From contig JAKLFP010000006.1 in NCBI GenBank assembly GCA_022711115.1, forward strand, positions 86,214 through 150,213: 64,000 bases of DNA, in the 5' to 3' direction. Source of the stretch: Candidatus Omnitrophota bacterium. Its GTDB lineage: Bacteria > Omnitrophota > Omnitrophia > Omnitrophales > Aquincolibacteriaceae. The notes beneath the pieces are model-generated. The model saw only the letters and a list, made by a program, of their open reading frames with translations, made no database searches and was not told the DNA's origin. Position numbers and translations under genes: made by a program. Shown here one piece after another: positions 20,077-31,900 of the stretch; the stretch's first letter is position 1, and each line of letters begins with the position of its first letter.

Positions 20077-20895
20077 TTAAGTGAGTTCCTTCAAAGCTTT
20101 TTCCACTTCCGCCGGCGTCGGAGCCACCCCGTGATAATGATTATTCCCTTCCATGAATGAAACACCTTTGCCTTTAATCGTATGTGCCACGATCATTGCC
20201 GGTCGATCTTTGACCTTTTTGGCTTTTTCAACAGCGTTCAAAATCGCCTTGAGATCATGCCCGTCGATCTCCTGTACATGCCAGCAGAAAGATTCCCACT
20301 TTTTGATGACGGGTTCCATATCGCAGATCACGCGGGTGGCATCATCCAGCTGGAATTTATTATAGTCAAGGAACGCAATCAGATGATCCACCTTATGATG
20401 CGCAGCCATGGCCGCGGCTTCCCAGGTCTGGCCTTCATTCATCTCACCATCGCTTGTGACCACGTAGGTATAATAATTTTTTTTATCAAGACGCCGCGCA
20501 AGCGCCATCCCGATCCCCATCGATAATCCCTGTCCAAGAGACCCCGTGGAAGCTTCCACACCCGGTAGCTTCCGACGATCCGGATGCCCTTGAAGGGGGC
20601 TGCCAAATTTGCGAAAATCTTTTAACGTGCTAGGATCAAAATAGCCGGCCTCCGACAATACAGAATAAAGCGCCGGCGAGGCATGTCCTTTACTTAAAAT
20701 GCAGCGGTCACGGTCCGGCCAATGAGGATCCTGGGGGTTGTGGTCCATGAGGTTAAAATAGAGGGCGACCAGTATTTCAGTCGCGGAAAGCGAGCCGCCC
20801 GGATGACCGGAGGCTGCGGCACCCGTCATCTCGACGATATGTCGGCGAACCACTTTTGCCTTGGCCTTAAGCTGTTCTATCGAAAAATTTTCCAT
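20077..20895 (-). CDS. Transketolase, N-terminal (TPP-binding) subunit.
   Basis: GHPGGSLSATEILVALYF.. and the GDGEMNEGQTWEA TPP motif; 272 aa; directly abuts the C-terminal subunit gene. Confidence 0.85.
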   Translation of the reverse strand: MENFSIEQLKAKAKVVRRHIVEMTGAAASGHPGGSLSATEILVALYFNLMDHNPQDPHWPDRDRCILSKGHASPALYSVLSEAGYFDPSTLKDFRKFGSPLQGHPDRRKLPGVEASTGSLGQGLSMGIGMALARRLDKKNYYTYVVTSDGEMNEGQTWEAAAMAAHHKVDHLIAFLDYNKFQLDDATRVICDMEPVIKKWESFCWHVQEIDGHDLKAILNAVEKAKKVKDRPAMIVAHTIKGKGVSFMEGNNHYHGVAPTPAEVEKALKELT

Positions 20896-21044
20896 GAATA
20901 TAAGGACTGTCCTGACTGCTCATTAAAACACTTGTATAGGGGAATGAGGAATGAAGTTTAACGGCTTTCAGTGTTACCGTCAATGACTAAAAACCTGTGG
21001 TTTGTCCGTTGCGCGCCTTGCCCTCTGCGTGTTATTCTTACGAC

Positions 21045-22169
21045 ATGTCCAAACCAGCGGCTCTGATCATCGGCTCCAGCGAGAAAGATTCTGACCTTTT
21101 TTATGCAACAAAGTTCATCGCACCGGATCCTTTTATTTTTGTGGAGATCCGGAATAAAAAATATCTCCTCGCTAACGATCTTGAGATCGACCGTGCCAAA
21201 AAACAGGCCGCCGTTCATGCCGTGGTCTCAACCTCTGTTTTAAGCAAAGCCTACCGCGCAAAGTTCAAGAAAGCCGCACCCCTCGAGGAGAAGCTTTTCT
21301 GGTTCCTGAAAAAGCATCGGGTCAAGTCCTTGATCATTCCTGCGGATTTCCCAGTCCGGTATTACGAGCCTTTAAAGCGCGCGGGATTCCGGATTCGCTA
21401 CAAAAATCCTCCTTTTTATGAAAAGCGCAGCATCAAGAACCGCTATGAAATTGCGGCGATCAAACAAGCTCTTCGCGCCACGGAATATGCCGTCGCGAAA
21501 GCGATCCAGGTCCTGAAAAAAAGCGTCATCAAAAAAAACAGGCTTTATTACAAATCAAAGCTTCTCACCAGCGAATTTCTCAAAACGATCATCCATCAAT
21601 CTCTTCTGGAAAAAAGCTGCATCGGAGAACATACGATCGTTTCCTGCGGCCAGCAGACCATCGACCCGCATCACCGCGGCTCCGGCCCCCTTTACGCGCA
21701 CCAACCGATCATCATGGATGTCTTCCCCCGTCATGAGCAAACGCTTTATTACGCGGATTTCACGCGCACGGTTGTCCGCGGCAAAGCTTCGCCTGTGTTG
21801 AAAAGAATGTATGCTGCCGTCAAAGAGGGCCAGAAAATTGCCTTTCAAATGATCCGTGCGAGGATGGACGGGAAAAAAGTTCATGCCGCAATTCAAGAAA
21901 GATTCTCGCAATCCGGTTTCCAGACCGGAAACATGGGAGGTCGCATGCAAGGTTTTTTCCATAGCACAGGACACGGCCTCGGGTTGGATATCCACGAGCC
22001 GCCGCGCATCGGCGCCGCCACTGACCTCTTGAAGGCGGGGCAGGTGGTGACTGTGGAGCCCGGACTTTATTATAAGGGTATCGGCGGTGTACGTCTGGAA
22101 GATGTGGTGCTTGTCACAAAAAAAGGCTGCACCAACCTCACTAAATTTCCTAAATTCTTAGAACTCTAA
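21045..22169 (+). CDS. M24-family metallopeptidase (Xaa-Pro aminopeptidase/prolidase-like). Start taken at MSKPAALIIG; the track ORF starts at 20997.
   Basis: Creatinase/prolidase N-domain followed by the pita-bread metal ligands (DPHHRGSGP, HSTGHGLGLDIHEPPRI, VEPGLY). Confidence 0.8.
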   Translation: MSKPAALIIGSSEKDSDLFYATKFIAPDPFIFVEIRNKKYLLANDLEIDRAKKQAAVHAVVSTSVLSKAYRAKFKKAAPLEEKLFWFLKKHRVKSLIIPADFPVRYYEPLKRAGFRIRYKNPPFYEKRSIKNRYEIAAIKQALRATEYAVAKAIQVLKKSVIKKNRLYYKSKLLTSEFLKTIIHQSLLEKSCIGEHTIVSCGQQTIDPHHRGSGPLYAHQPIIMDVFPRHEQTLYYADFTRTVVRGKASPVLKRMYAAVKEGQKIAFQMIRARMDGKKVHAAIQERFSQSGFQTGNMGGRMQGFFHSTGHGLGLDIHEPPRIGAATDLLKAGQVVTVEPGLYYKGIGGVRLEDVVLVTKKGCTNLTKFPKFLEL

Positions 22170-22255
22170 AGGTTGTTGGTGCTGCACTAAATTCCTTATT
22201 CAAAAAAATTAATGGGAGTCAGTGCTGCACCAACCTTACTAAATTTCCTAAACAT
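22115..22255. repeat. The 3' end of the M24 peptidase gene (GCTGCACCAACCTCACTAAATTTCCTAAA) is repeated directly about 100 nt downstream (22222..22252), with a partial inverted copy (GGTTGTTGGTGCTGCAC, 22171..22188) between them.
   Basis: Direct nucleotide comparison. The inverted copy can pair with 22115..22126 as a terminator-like stem. Confidence 0.5.
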
Positions 22256-22298
22256 TTGGAAATTTAAGATCCTGGCAATGCCGGGTACTGCAGAAGCT

Positions 22299-22634
22299 TT
22301 ATCGACCGCCTCTCATGACACCAGAAACAAGCGCTTCTTTTTTCTTCCTCGGCCATTCTTTGACTTCACATTCACGGACAAGGGCCTGTGTCCTATCTCC
22401 GCATTTCTCATGGTAGACCATTTCTACCGGTCGATGCACCCGCGTGTAACGAGAGGCCTTGCCGGTCTGATGCATTTTGAGACGCCGTTCCAGATCTTTA
22501 GTGATCCCCGTATAGAATGAATCGTCGCAGCATTTGAGAATATAAAGAAACCAATCTCCGCGGGTTTTTTCCCTCCGGGAAATCTTCTTCTTTTTTTGAA
22601 GCCCTTGAAGCATTTTTTTATAGGTTGGATGCAT
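22299..22634 (-). CDS. GIY-YIG domain protein (UPF0213-like putative endonuclease).
   Basis: WFLYILKCCDDSFYTGITKDLERRLKMHQ is the GIY-YIG core. Confidence 0.7.
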   Translation of the reverse strand: MHPTYKKMLQGLQKKKKISRREKTRGDWFLYILKCCDDSFYTGITKDLERRLKMHQTGKASRYTRVHRPVEMVYHEKCGDRTQALVRECEVKEWPRKKKEALVSGVMRGGR

Positions 22635-22693
22635 CTTAGAATCCGATCCACGTGCAAGGCGCAAGGTTAGAAGGTCTTTTAGACACGCGTTGC

Positions 22694-22975
22694 TTATTGC
22701 TTTTTTGGGTCTTTAACGCGATGATGATACTTTATCGTTACAAAAACAACCGCGGTGAAAAATATCAGGTTGCTGTATCCAAACAGCCTGAAACTTAATT
22801 CCTTGGACGCGAAAGTCGCCGGCAACATCAAAAGGATGCAAGTCCAGACCCCCAAAAGCCACACCAGACTGATATCGTCCGAGGATTTGCGTTTGATGAT
22901 CCTGAGGATCATGGGGATGTTGAAAAGCGGCATGACAGCTCCCGCATAGATGGCGATATGCTGAAAGATCTCCAT
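22694..22975 (-). CDS. Small three-TM membrane protein, SemiSWEET/PQ-loop-like. Start taken at MEIFQH; the long N-terminal extension in the track ORF is probably not translated.
   Basis: About 94 aa with 3 TM helices, a basic patch (RIIKRK) after TM1, and a conserved Pro in TM1. Confidence 0.4.
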   Translation of the reverse strand: MEIFQHIAIYAGAVMPLFNIPMILRIIKRKSSDDISLVWLLGVWTCILLMLPATFASKELSFRLFGYSNLIFFTAVVFVTIKYHHRVKDPKKQ

Positions 22976-22977
22976 TT

Positions 22978-23592
22978 TTACTTGTACCATTCCCTTGTGA
23001 TGGCTCTGACTTTTTCCTGAGCTTCCGCTACAATCTCCTCCGGCTGACGCTTCCCAGCGTTCATCCCCGACGCGGTCACGGCGCGAATGTCCGAAAATCC
23101 CATGAGTTGAAATTCCACTCTTGCCAGACTTACCGCGTGTTCCCAAGAGGCCATCGGCCCTTCATAAATCCCCCCGCTCGCCAAGAGAATCAGCGCTTTT
23201 TTCCCAGTCATAAGCCCTATGAATTTTCCGTCCTGGATATCCCAGGTCTCACTTTTGAGCAAAATAGAATCGAAATAAGTTTTAACGCATCCAGGCAAGG
23301 AGAAATTATGCATCGGTGTTGCCAGCACCACAATATCCGCCCCCTTGAACTGGGCGGTCATGCGGTCCATGGTTGCGATGGCCTTTTGATGAACGGCATC
23401 CAGCTTTTGTCCCATATAATTGCGTTGGATATAGGCCTCAAGACTTGTTTCCATGAAAAAGCCGGGGATATCTTTAAGAAGATCCAGAGATTCAATGGGT
23501 TGATTTTTTATGCCTTCCAAAAAAGCATCTGCTAACTTTTTTGTGTAGGATCGTTCTCCCCTTGGAAGATACGTCACCATCAGTGTTTTCAT
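22978..23592 (-). CDS. azoR: FMN-dependent NADH-azoreductase / flavodoxin-like NAD(P)H:quinone oxidoreductase.
   Basis: 204 aa, flavodoxin-like fold (MKTLMVTYLPRGERSYTKKLADAF.., VLATPMHNFSLPG). Confidence 0.7.
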   Translation of the reverse strand: MKTLMVTYLPRGERSYTKKLADAFLEGIKNQPIESLDLLKDIPGFFMETSLEAYIQRNYMGQKLDAVHQKAIATMDRMTAQFKGADIVVLATPMHNFSLPGCVKTYFDSILLKSETWDIQDGKFIGLMTGKKALILLASGGIYEGPMASWEHAVSLARVEFQLMGFSDIRAVTASGMNAGKRQPEEIVAEAQEKVRAITREWYK

Positions 23593-23680
23593 GATCAGTC
23601 TCCTCTTCGAATCTCTGTTTGTTCAAGATCCAGTCTCAAACCAGTTTGCGACCGGATCTTAAAACGGGCCATCTGCAAAG

Positions 23681-24280
23681 TCACTCAAGTTGATCTGCTA
23701 ATTTCTGGGCCAAGGTATCCATTTGTTTTAGTAGGTAATCCGGTACAAGATCTTCTTCTTCGAGCTGACTTTTCGCTGAGTTAAGAAAACCTATTAACCG
23801 CTTCAAAACGCCGTTTCGTTTTTGCTCCTTGGCTTCCGGAGTGTCTTTGGGCTTATGGACTTCAAGGATCTTTTTGACCTGGGCCCGAACTTCCTTGGAT
23901 TCTTTGCCTTCGTTTAAAACATCGTTGCGAAGTTCCGCGAATTCATTGGTAGGAATATTTTTATTATTTTTGGCGAGCCGGAGCAAATTCACAGCTTCAT
24001 AATCCGGGATCTTTCTCGGCGTTTCTTCTTCCGTGTAATCCGGCTTTACAATCCGGGGCTCTTCTTTTTCAAGAAAAGAGTAAGATTTGATCAGTTTGGA
24101 GGCTGTGGCCTCTTTAACGCCTAATTCTTTATGACAATAAGTCTCAAACGCTTGATAGCCCCATTCTTTATAAAGCTTGTTCTTGTAGATCGAAAAAAGG
24201 TGCTGCCCGAGCTCGATCCAGGAAGCTTTGTGTTTTTTAGCCACTTCGACTGTTTTAGCTCTCAACTCATCGCTTCCCAT
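23681..24280 (-). CDS. Hypothetical protein.
   Basis: 199-aa ORF with a coding-like composition and no recognised motif. Confidence 0.5.
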   Translation of the reverse strand: MGSDELRAKTVEVAKKHKASWIELGQHLFSIYKNKLYKEWGYQAFETYCHKELGVKEATASKLIKSYSFLEKEEPRIVKPDYTEEETPRKIPDYEAVNLLRLAKNNKNIPTNEFAELRNDVLNEGKESKEVRAQVKKILEVHKPKDTPEAKEQKRNGVLKRLIGFLNSAKSQLEEEDLVPDYLLKQMDTLAQKLADQLE

Positions 24281-24317
24281 GTTTTCCTTTCATGTAACTT
24301 AAAATAACTTTAAACCT

Positions 24318-24944
24318 CTAATTGTTGATTAAAAAAGGCCGTTTTTTAAGCGCCTTTGCCAAAAAAAATCCTAAATTATTTTTAAATAATTTATAAAATC
24401 TGTCCTTCATAGTATTCTTCCTTGGAAAGGCAATCCTCGGAATGGGCTTGCCTAGAAAAGGGCACAACGTCTTCCACCCTTCGCCGTCACAAATCCGAAA
24501 GATCAATAATTGACTCGGTTTTTCCTTAAAATAATGCAACACGTCCGAAGTGTGGTTTAGATATAAATCTTCGCATTTTTCCTTGTCAATTTTTAAAAAA
24601 TCAAACTTATAAAAAGGATCTTTGCGGTTTACCCAGGCGTGCACTTGATTGCTTCGCATCCAAGATTCAAAATCGCGGCCCGTAAAGATAAACTGGCTGT
24701 CGGGATACTGCTGATCCAGGATCTTATAAAACTTTTTTACATTAAACCCCAGAAAGGCATCATATGTTTCAAGGCCGTCTAAAAGTTTTTTACCCTGATT
24801 CATATTTTCTTGAAATAAATCCATGAGGCGTTTGCCTTTAAAAACGTCATGAAGACTCCGATATCCCAAAAGAATCAGAGCCTCATGAAGCGATAAAGTC
24901 CCTGTTTTTCTAAGGCCGATACAAAATATTTTTTTATTTCCCAT
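24318..24944 (-). CDS. Sulfotransferase-family-like protein.
   Basis: N-terminal P-loop-like 5'-PSB motif GLRKTGT, about 208 aa. Weak assignment. Confidence 0.35.
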   Translation of the reverse strand: MGNKKIFCIGLRKTGTLSLHEALILLGYRSLHDVFKGKRLMDLFQENMNQGKKLLDGLETYDAFLGFNVKKFYKILDQQYPDSQFIFTGRDFESWMRSNQVHAWVNRKDPFYKFDFLKIDKEKCEDLYLNHTSDVLHYFKEKPSQLLIFRICDGEGWKTLCPFLGKPIPRIAFPRKNTMKDRFYKLFKNNLGFFLAKALKKRPFLINN

Positions 24945-25023
24945 AATTCCTTATCCAAAAAAACAGTTTTATGCTTCCGGTTTGTGCGTTTTTATTCTGA
25001 AAAATCTCCGCCTTGAACTAAAA

Positions 25024-25875
25024 TCAAATAAATTCCAAAAGGACTTTTCGGGGAATCATGCAACATTGATATGCTTCATCCATCAATCTCTGAAATCCCT
25101 CTTCCCCTTTTATGCCAAGTTCTAGCGTAAAATCGTTCACATACATGCCGACAAAACGATCATTCAGGTCTTCCGAAATACCGCGGCCGTACTGAAGCGC
25201 GTATGCTAAGGCTTCGCGACGGTGCGTCAATGCATACTGAATGCTTGTCTTGAAAAGTCTGGCGAAATCCCTGATTGTTTCTTTTCCCAGGTCGCGACGG
25301 ATAATATCGATGCCAAGCGGCAACGGAAGTTTTGTTTTTTCATGCCACCAGACACCCAGATCCACGGCCTTGTTCAGCCCATGCTTTTCATAAGTGATCT
25401 GCCCTTCATGAATGATCAAACCGTAATCTACTTCACCGTTTTTGACAGCATCAAGGATCTTGTCGAAAGGAACAAAAACAGGCGCAAAATTTTTTTCAAA
25501 AAGCTGGAGGACGAGAAATGCCGTAGTTAATTTACCGGGAATCGCTATTTTTTTATTCTTTAAATCGTGCCCCGGCGAACGAGGAGCATCCCCCTTGCAA
25601 ACCAGAATGGGTCCGTAACCATCGCCCACGCTCGCGCCGGAACGCATCACGATATATGGATCCGCCAGATAAGCGTAGGCGTGACAGGAAACGGCCGTCA
25701 CCTCAAGCTCCCCTTGGAGTGCTCGCTGGTTCAGACTTTCGATATCCTCGATCACATGCTCAACCTCGAACCCGCATATATCGATCTTTTTTTTAGCGAG
25801 CGCATAAAACATGAAGGCGTCGTCAGGATCGGGGCTGTGGCCGATGCGGATAAGTTGTTTGCCTGTGGTTTTCAT
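25024..25875 (-). CDS. MqnA/MqnD-family menaquinone (futalosine pathway) enzyme. Start taken at MKTTGK; the track ORF extends to 25902. It lies 90 nt downstream of the giant ORF's stop on the same strand.
   Basis: LIRIGHSPDPDDAFMFYAL is the hallmark N-terminal motif of MqnA/MqnD periplasmic-binding-like folds. Confidence 0.65.
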   Translation of the reverse strand: MKTTGKQLIRIGHSPDPDDAFMFYALAKKKIDICGFEVEHVIEDIESLNQRALQGELEVTAVSCHAYAYLADPYIVMRSGASVGDGYGPILVCKGDAPRSPGHDLKNKKIAIPGKLTTAFLVLQLFEKNFAPVFVPFDKILDAVKNGEVDYGLIIHEGQITYEKHGLNKAVDLGVWWHEKTKLPLPLGIDIIRRDLGKETIRDFARLFKTSIQYALTHRREALAYALQYGRGISEDLNDRFVGMYVNDFTLELGIKGEEGFQRLMDEAYQCCMIPRKVLLEFI

Positions 25876-25992
25876 AGGGAAGGCATTATAACGCAATTTC
25901 AAAAAAATCGGGACTAGTTCCTCGGATCTTGAAACTCTTTTTGGTTTTTTATTGAGACGAATCTCATGGAACGAAATCCGAATCCGTGCTTT

Positions 25993-28900
25993 TTACGCGC
26001 TTCTTGCCATCGCGAACTGCGCTTGGACTTCCGTCACAAGCGTATTGATGCGGTCCCCAGCAAGGGTGAGGAAATTCTTGAGCATTTTAGGCATCACCAG
26101 CATCGTATCCGGCCATTGCGCTTTCAGGGCCACGGCCAAAGGTTCGCTCGCATAGGCCAATGGCTTGAGATTTAAAGATAAAATACCGGTACTGCGCAGA
26201 CGCGCGGCTTCTATATCCAGGAGTTTTCTCGCTTCATCCAGATGATCGGCTGGAAGGATCGGCGGCCGATGGGCTTGGGCAAGCTGGATATTGATTTTTT
26301 CAAGGAAGCCGCGGTCTGCGGCATTACGTACTAATACGATAACAGGCGTATCGCCGAAAATCGGACGGATAGCCGCGATCAAGCCATGATCCAGCGCAAG
26401 TTCAGGAGCAAGGATCAAGGCATCGGAGGTGGAAATTGTTTTAATCCCAAGGGCTTTAAGCGCTTGGGTGAAACGAACTTTGTCCAGAACCTGTTGAGCC
26501 TTTTGCACCATAGAATCCGGCAAAAGCGATATGGCAAGTTCCGCCGCGTTAAAGGCATAAGCCTGAAGCGAAACAAGGCCATCAGTCAGCTTTTCCGTTA
26601 CTCCTTCGAAACCTTGCAGGTTCCCGCCACCTATTTTTCTGTTTTCCCTGATCAGGTCTTCGATAGTTTTCACGGCAACACGCTCTGGCGTAAAAGTCGT
26701 CAAAGTAACCGTAGGAAGCGGAACAGACAAAGGAACATTTCCAACAACGGCTGCTGTCATGGTGGGTGTTACCGTATGAATCGCCATGGTTTGCCGCACT
26801 TCCGAACGTGACGCCTTTCCTTTGTCTGCCTGTAATTCAGAATGGATAGGTTTAAGATGTAAAATTTGCGCATGATCCCCATCCCTGACCGGTACGCGAT
26901 GTTTCCAACCCGAAAGCAAGTTATCGCGTTCTCCATAGTTTTCCCAGGTTAACATATCCACTACTTGGTAACGGACGCCCGGGTCGATCATTCTTTCAAG
27001 ACCGTTTGTAAGTGTTGTCGATACTTTCCCGTCACCGGCTAATTCACCCTCCTGAATGCCGAAAATAATCGAGGCAAAAACCATTTGCCCAGAATCACTT
27101 TTCCTTGCGAAAACAAGAGAACTCTGATTGGAAGGATCAAAAACTGTCCATTGATGTCCTTCAGCATCGGAAAGATTGTCTCCAAAAACAGCTTTGATCT
27201 CTGTGACTGCCTTCCGAAGTTTTGAGTAATATCCCGGGTTCCAATGTGCAACTTCGGATTTTTCTAGAAGTTCCGGTCTAAAAAGAGCTATCAGGGTCAT
27301 TAAGGGCTTTATGTTTTCTCCAAAGTAATGGGCCGCATCTTTAGCCGAAAAACTGGCCATGATCGCCAATTGTTCAAAAAAGTGGTCCGACCGTACAACA
27401 CCGTCTGTTAAAGTGTACCCTCTGCCTTTTTGGCGGACGAGTTGTTTCATAAGCGCCATCGCAGAGGTTTCACGGTTTCGGATCTTTTCCGCAATATTGG
27501 CAACTTCCGGCAACTCAATGGCCTCCCATTCTTGGACTTCCACAGCGATGGGCATCGAGATCGACGCAGGAACTTCCGAAGCGACTTCATCGCTATGTTG
27601 AATGGTGTGCTTTTTCTCGTATTTGGGGTCCGAGATTCGAACAAGAGGAACATTGCCCGTTTTTCCGACCAACCCGGCAAAGATAGCCGGATCGATGGCG
27701 ATGGAAGTCCGAGACTTGAAAAGTTTCCCCCCGCTCGAGGGGACTTCTTCTCTCACAGGAGCACCTGTATTAATATTCACCTGAAGCGGTTTTCCTCCTC
27801 GTGGAGTAAAAATGAAAGATTGGATCTCGGTGCGCCGGCTCTTTAGGGGTTTGGCGGCCGGATGACCTTCAAGGTAACGCACAATATAAACAGCCCAAGG
27901 CTGATATTTGGGACTGACGTTTTGCGTCAATTCTTTTCTTAGTTTATGGGCTTCCGCGGGAGAAGCTTGCATGTAACGTTCAAACCAATCACCCGCCATA
28001 CGAAGCAACAGTTCTTCTGTCAGATCCAAAGCTTCCAAATTAAGCCGGATTCTTGTCTTTTCATCTGCCGTTTCCGCTTCCGCGGCTAATTGTCCGATCC
28101 GTTTTTTAAAGGGCTCCAATCCTGAAGAAAATTTGGTGAGGACTTGCTCGCGTAAATATCTGAAGATATCATCGTAATAAACATGATGCCGTAAGCTGTT
28201 TAAGGCTTCAACGCCGCGCGAAGAAGGGCTTCCCGTGGGCTGCCATGTTTTGATTTCTCGAAATGAACGGAACATCCCGAAAAGCCCCAAGCCTTCAGCT
28301 GAATGTTTTCGGAATCTGCTTAAACCCTCCCACACAAAATCAGGCGCCTGCACAGGAACCGCATAATCGGAAAACTGATATTGAAGCTGGCTAAATAACG
28401 CTTCCCGCTCTTCATTTTCCTTGAGCATATTTTCAAACAAATAGGCGTGCCCCATGGCCTGTCCTGTCACCATATCCACACGCCAGGCGGCCGCTACGGA
28501 TTGATACATACGTTCACGGCGGGTCGCAGGATCTTTTCTTAATGCTTTGACTGTTTTCAAGGCTTCAAAGAGACTGCGGGCCGAAGGGCGCCTCCCCCCG
28601 CCTTCCTGGCTACTTTTCTCGCTATCGTCATAGGCTACAAAAACACCGCTCAAAATCTCCCAGTCACCGCTTCTTAAACGTTCCCTCAAAATGTCCTGAG
28701 TGATCACTTTGGTGTTCGGTTCCCCTTTTTCATTCAAGACATCGATCATCGCCCCTGTTTTTCTGTCGCGGATCACCCAAACCTCGGGGTTGCTTCCGGC
28801 AAAAGGTCCGACAACTTCGCCTCCGTTGGCCATGACTTTCATCATGCTCGTGGCGGAAGCTTCCAGATCTTCATCGGACAGCATAACTCCTGCTTGGGCT

Positions 28901-31900
28901 CCTCGAAAAATAATTTGCGCTTCGTAATAGGTGTAATCTTCGAGAGTGGCTATCCGGTCTTCCAATCCGAGAAGTTCCGTCATAAAACGTATATAAAGAA
29001 AACGGTCATGCGCGTCGTCTGCAAAAGTACGCCCGCCGATCAACAGGCGAGACATGGTACGCCGCAAAACTTCAACTGCCGGCTGGTTTTTAAGACGTTC
29101 CCGAAGCCCTTCAAAATCATTTTTATAGCGTCCATGATTTTGATCCCTTCCATCTCTATACGCTTTCCAAAAAAGAAAAAGTTGATCGAAAGGCCTTGCA
29201 AAAGGGCCGGAAAATTCCACTTTAAGCCCGGCTTGAGTCACCGCTTCTTCCACTCTTCGTTTGAGCGTTTCTTCGGCTTCTACGGCTGTCATGATAGGTT
29301 TTTTTATCTTTTGGGCGGCTTCGTCTGCGGCTTTGGCAGCGGTGTCTTTCAATCTTTCTTCATATTTATCCGGACCTTTATAAGGTACCTGGCGTCTGAC
29401 ATTCGATGAAATAGGATCGCCAAGAAGCAGATCGCGGGCTTTCCCATAATTTTGTTCAAGTGTCGCCCAGTTTTCTGGTCGGTTTTCTTGAATCGCTGTC
29501 GAAAAAAGTTCCTGCATTTCTCTTAAATGTCCCGCCAGCTGCGTGTCATCTAAATGGCGTTCCGTTTGATAATCTCTAAACGTGCTCCCAAGCCAGTCGC
29601 TCGCGCCTTTGAAACCGCGTTTTTCGCGGAGCCAGATCAGAAGCTGGGCTGCATCGGCCGCGCTGACCCATTCATTTTGAATCTTGAATTGTTCGCGCAG
29701 ATCCGAATGTTTTTCAAGCTCCTGGAAAAATTGCCGGTCGTTGGCTTCTGAAGGAAGTCCGTTTTCCGGTTTTGGGATCTGAAGTTCTTGCTTAAAACGT
29801 TCGATCAAAAGCCTTCTTGCCGGAGACTGCCAACGCGGCAGAAAAACACCGTTCGTACTTCGAATACCTTTAGAAGGATCATAAAAACCTTTGACGCGAT
29901 GCCATGCGGCGCGAAAAATATTTTTTAGAAGCGCCGGTAAGTGTTCCACAAGATTGACGCCGGAAATGAGATGAAAAACCTCTGCCGTAAACCCGGCAAT
30001 ATCGATCATACCGTCATGAACCAGCGTGGAGCGCAACCATTCGGGGAATCCCAAAAGCTCGTAGTGACCTTCCCAGGCTTCAAAAAGACCCGGACGAAAA
30101 ACCGTATGGTTCAGTGTCACTCGCTTCGCACTCTTGAGATGCCGCACCGGGAGGCTCACGAACACTTCATGGTCCAGAAGAATGATGTTCTGGGGATTGT
30201 TTTGATTTTCAAGGATTTGGATCAGACGTTCGCTCGCGGCGCTGAAGAAAGCCATATCAATTTCGCGATTACCCGTATCGTCGTAAACCTCCAAAAAGGC
30301 CGGCGCTTCTTCTTGTCCATTCGGACCTTTGACATAGGCGTCCAGATAATACTGCGGTGATTTGTGAAATTGAAAATAAGTTTTGTAAACCCGGAAAGAG
30401 ACCGTTCTGGGAACTCCTCTCACGGGAAGTGTGACCTCCAAGGCAATATCGGTAGGATCTAAAAACTTTTTGATGATCTGACCGAGAAGTTTCCGCTGAT
30501 GATGATCATAACCTTTGCCGGGCTTATTTTTGATGAAGTTCCAAAGCGGATGAATCCCGGTTACATTCATCCCGAGCGCAGCCCAGGCTTCAAAAAGGTC
30601 CGGCATCAAAGCTCCAAGGCCGCCTGTCAAAGTTGTTTGGGAAGCTTCCCCTGCAGTCCAAGCGCTCATCTCCGCAGCGATTTTTTCCAGAACAGGCATC
30701 GGAAGACCGCATTCGAATTGCCGGCTATAAATATGCTGTTTATGAACTCGGGGCGTATTAACTTCGACCCACTTTGGCACCTTTTGCTCCCGCAATTCTG
30801 AACGTGGAAAAGACGGGGTTATCCCGAGTGTTTTGAAATCAATATTGATCAGGCGGGGATGGCTTAAAAAATCCAACGCGACATCCCAGGATTTCAGCGC
30901 AAGACCCGCTGCGACAAGATTTAAAACGGTCCTGCGGTACAACTCAAAATCCGGACGGTCGACAAGCTCATAAGCTTCCATGCCCTCATAGAAAGATCCA
31001 TGGCCTGCAGCGGCAAGCTTTTGGATCCCTGCCAGGAAATGGGTCTTGGTGTTTTCTTCGAAAATCTTTTTTCTGACCCAAACGATTGTTTTCCCTCTCA
31101 CACCGTAATACCAGCTTGTCTTCATATCCACTTCGACAAATTCATCTGGCTCCGACGGCCGCTCATAGGTCACAAGCCACTGAAGCATACCGGCTAAATA
31201 GTTCGGAGTAATAACGGAATGGTCTATCAAGCTTCGCACCTCGGATCGCCGGTAACGAATGGTTACTTTGGAATTGTTGATCACGGTGTTTTCCCAACCG
31301 CGGGAAGAAGCAGTGACCGATTGGGTTCCCCAGCTTACGGAAACAAACCGGTATCTATTCATATCTGAAATGCCCGCAGCCCTGATTCCGTCAGCACCTT
31401 CAAAATGATTGTCAATGAATTGCCTCACGGTCAGTCCGCGCGGCACATTGATAAAATTGATTGCGATCAGATTTGAAGCGGGCGCAGAAGGTTTCGGCAT
31501 CTCTTGTTGTTTAGGCGCCGGCGGAAGTATTCCCATAATCTTCGCCGCCATTGCTTCCCCGGCAGCTTTCGCTTTTGTTTCATCCGCCACAGTTAAAGGT
31601 ATTTCTTTTTGAACTGGTTCGACGGGTGTTGTTTTTACCGTTGGCACAGACGGTGTATTCCGGGAAGATAGCGCGGCAGCTTCTTCGGTTTTGGACAAAG
31701 CTTGTATGACAAAATGGAGCTCATTCGTCCACGGGTGATCAGGTCGACGGTCTAAAATAGTAAGCGCTTGGATCCGATGGAGAGGATAATGCTCAGGCTG
31801 GTCTCGAAGCATACGGCGCACCGCTTCAGCAATACGTTCCGGAGCTTCGCCCATGCCCACATGATGCACAAGCTTGCGATTGCTATAGCTTGTATCCGTG

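Noticed and set aside
22212-22520. 102-aa plus-strand ORF downstream of the M24 peptidase
   Set aside because: It overlaps the GIY-YIG gene antisense, and its N-terminus is simply the duplicated 3' end of the peptidase gene read in frame.
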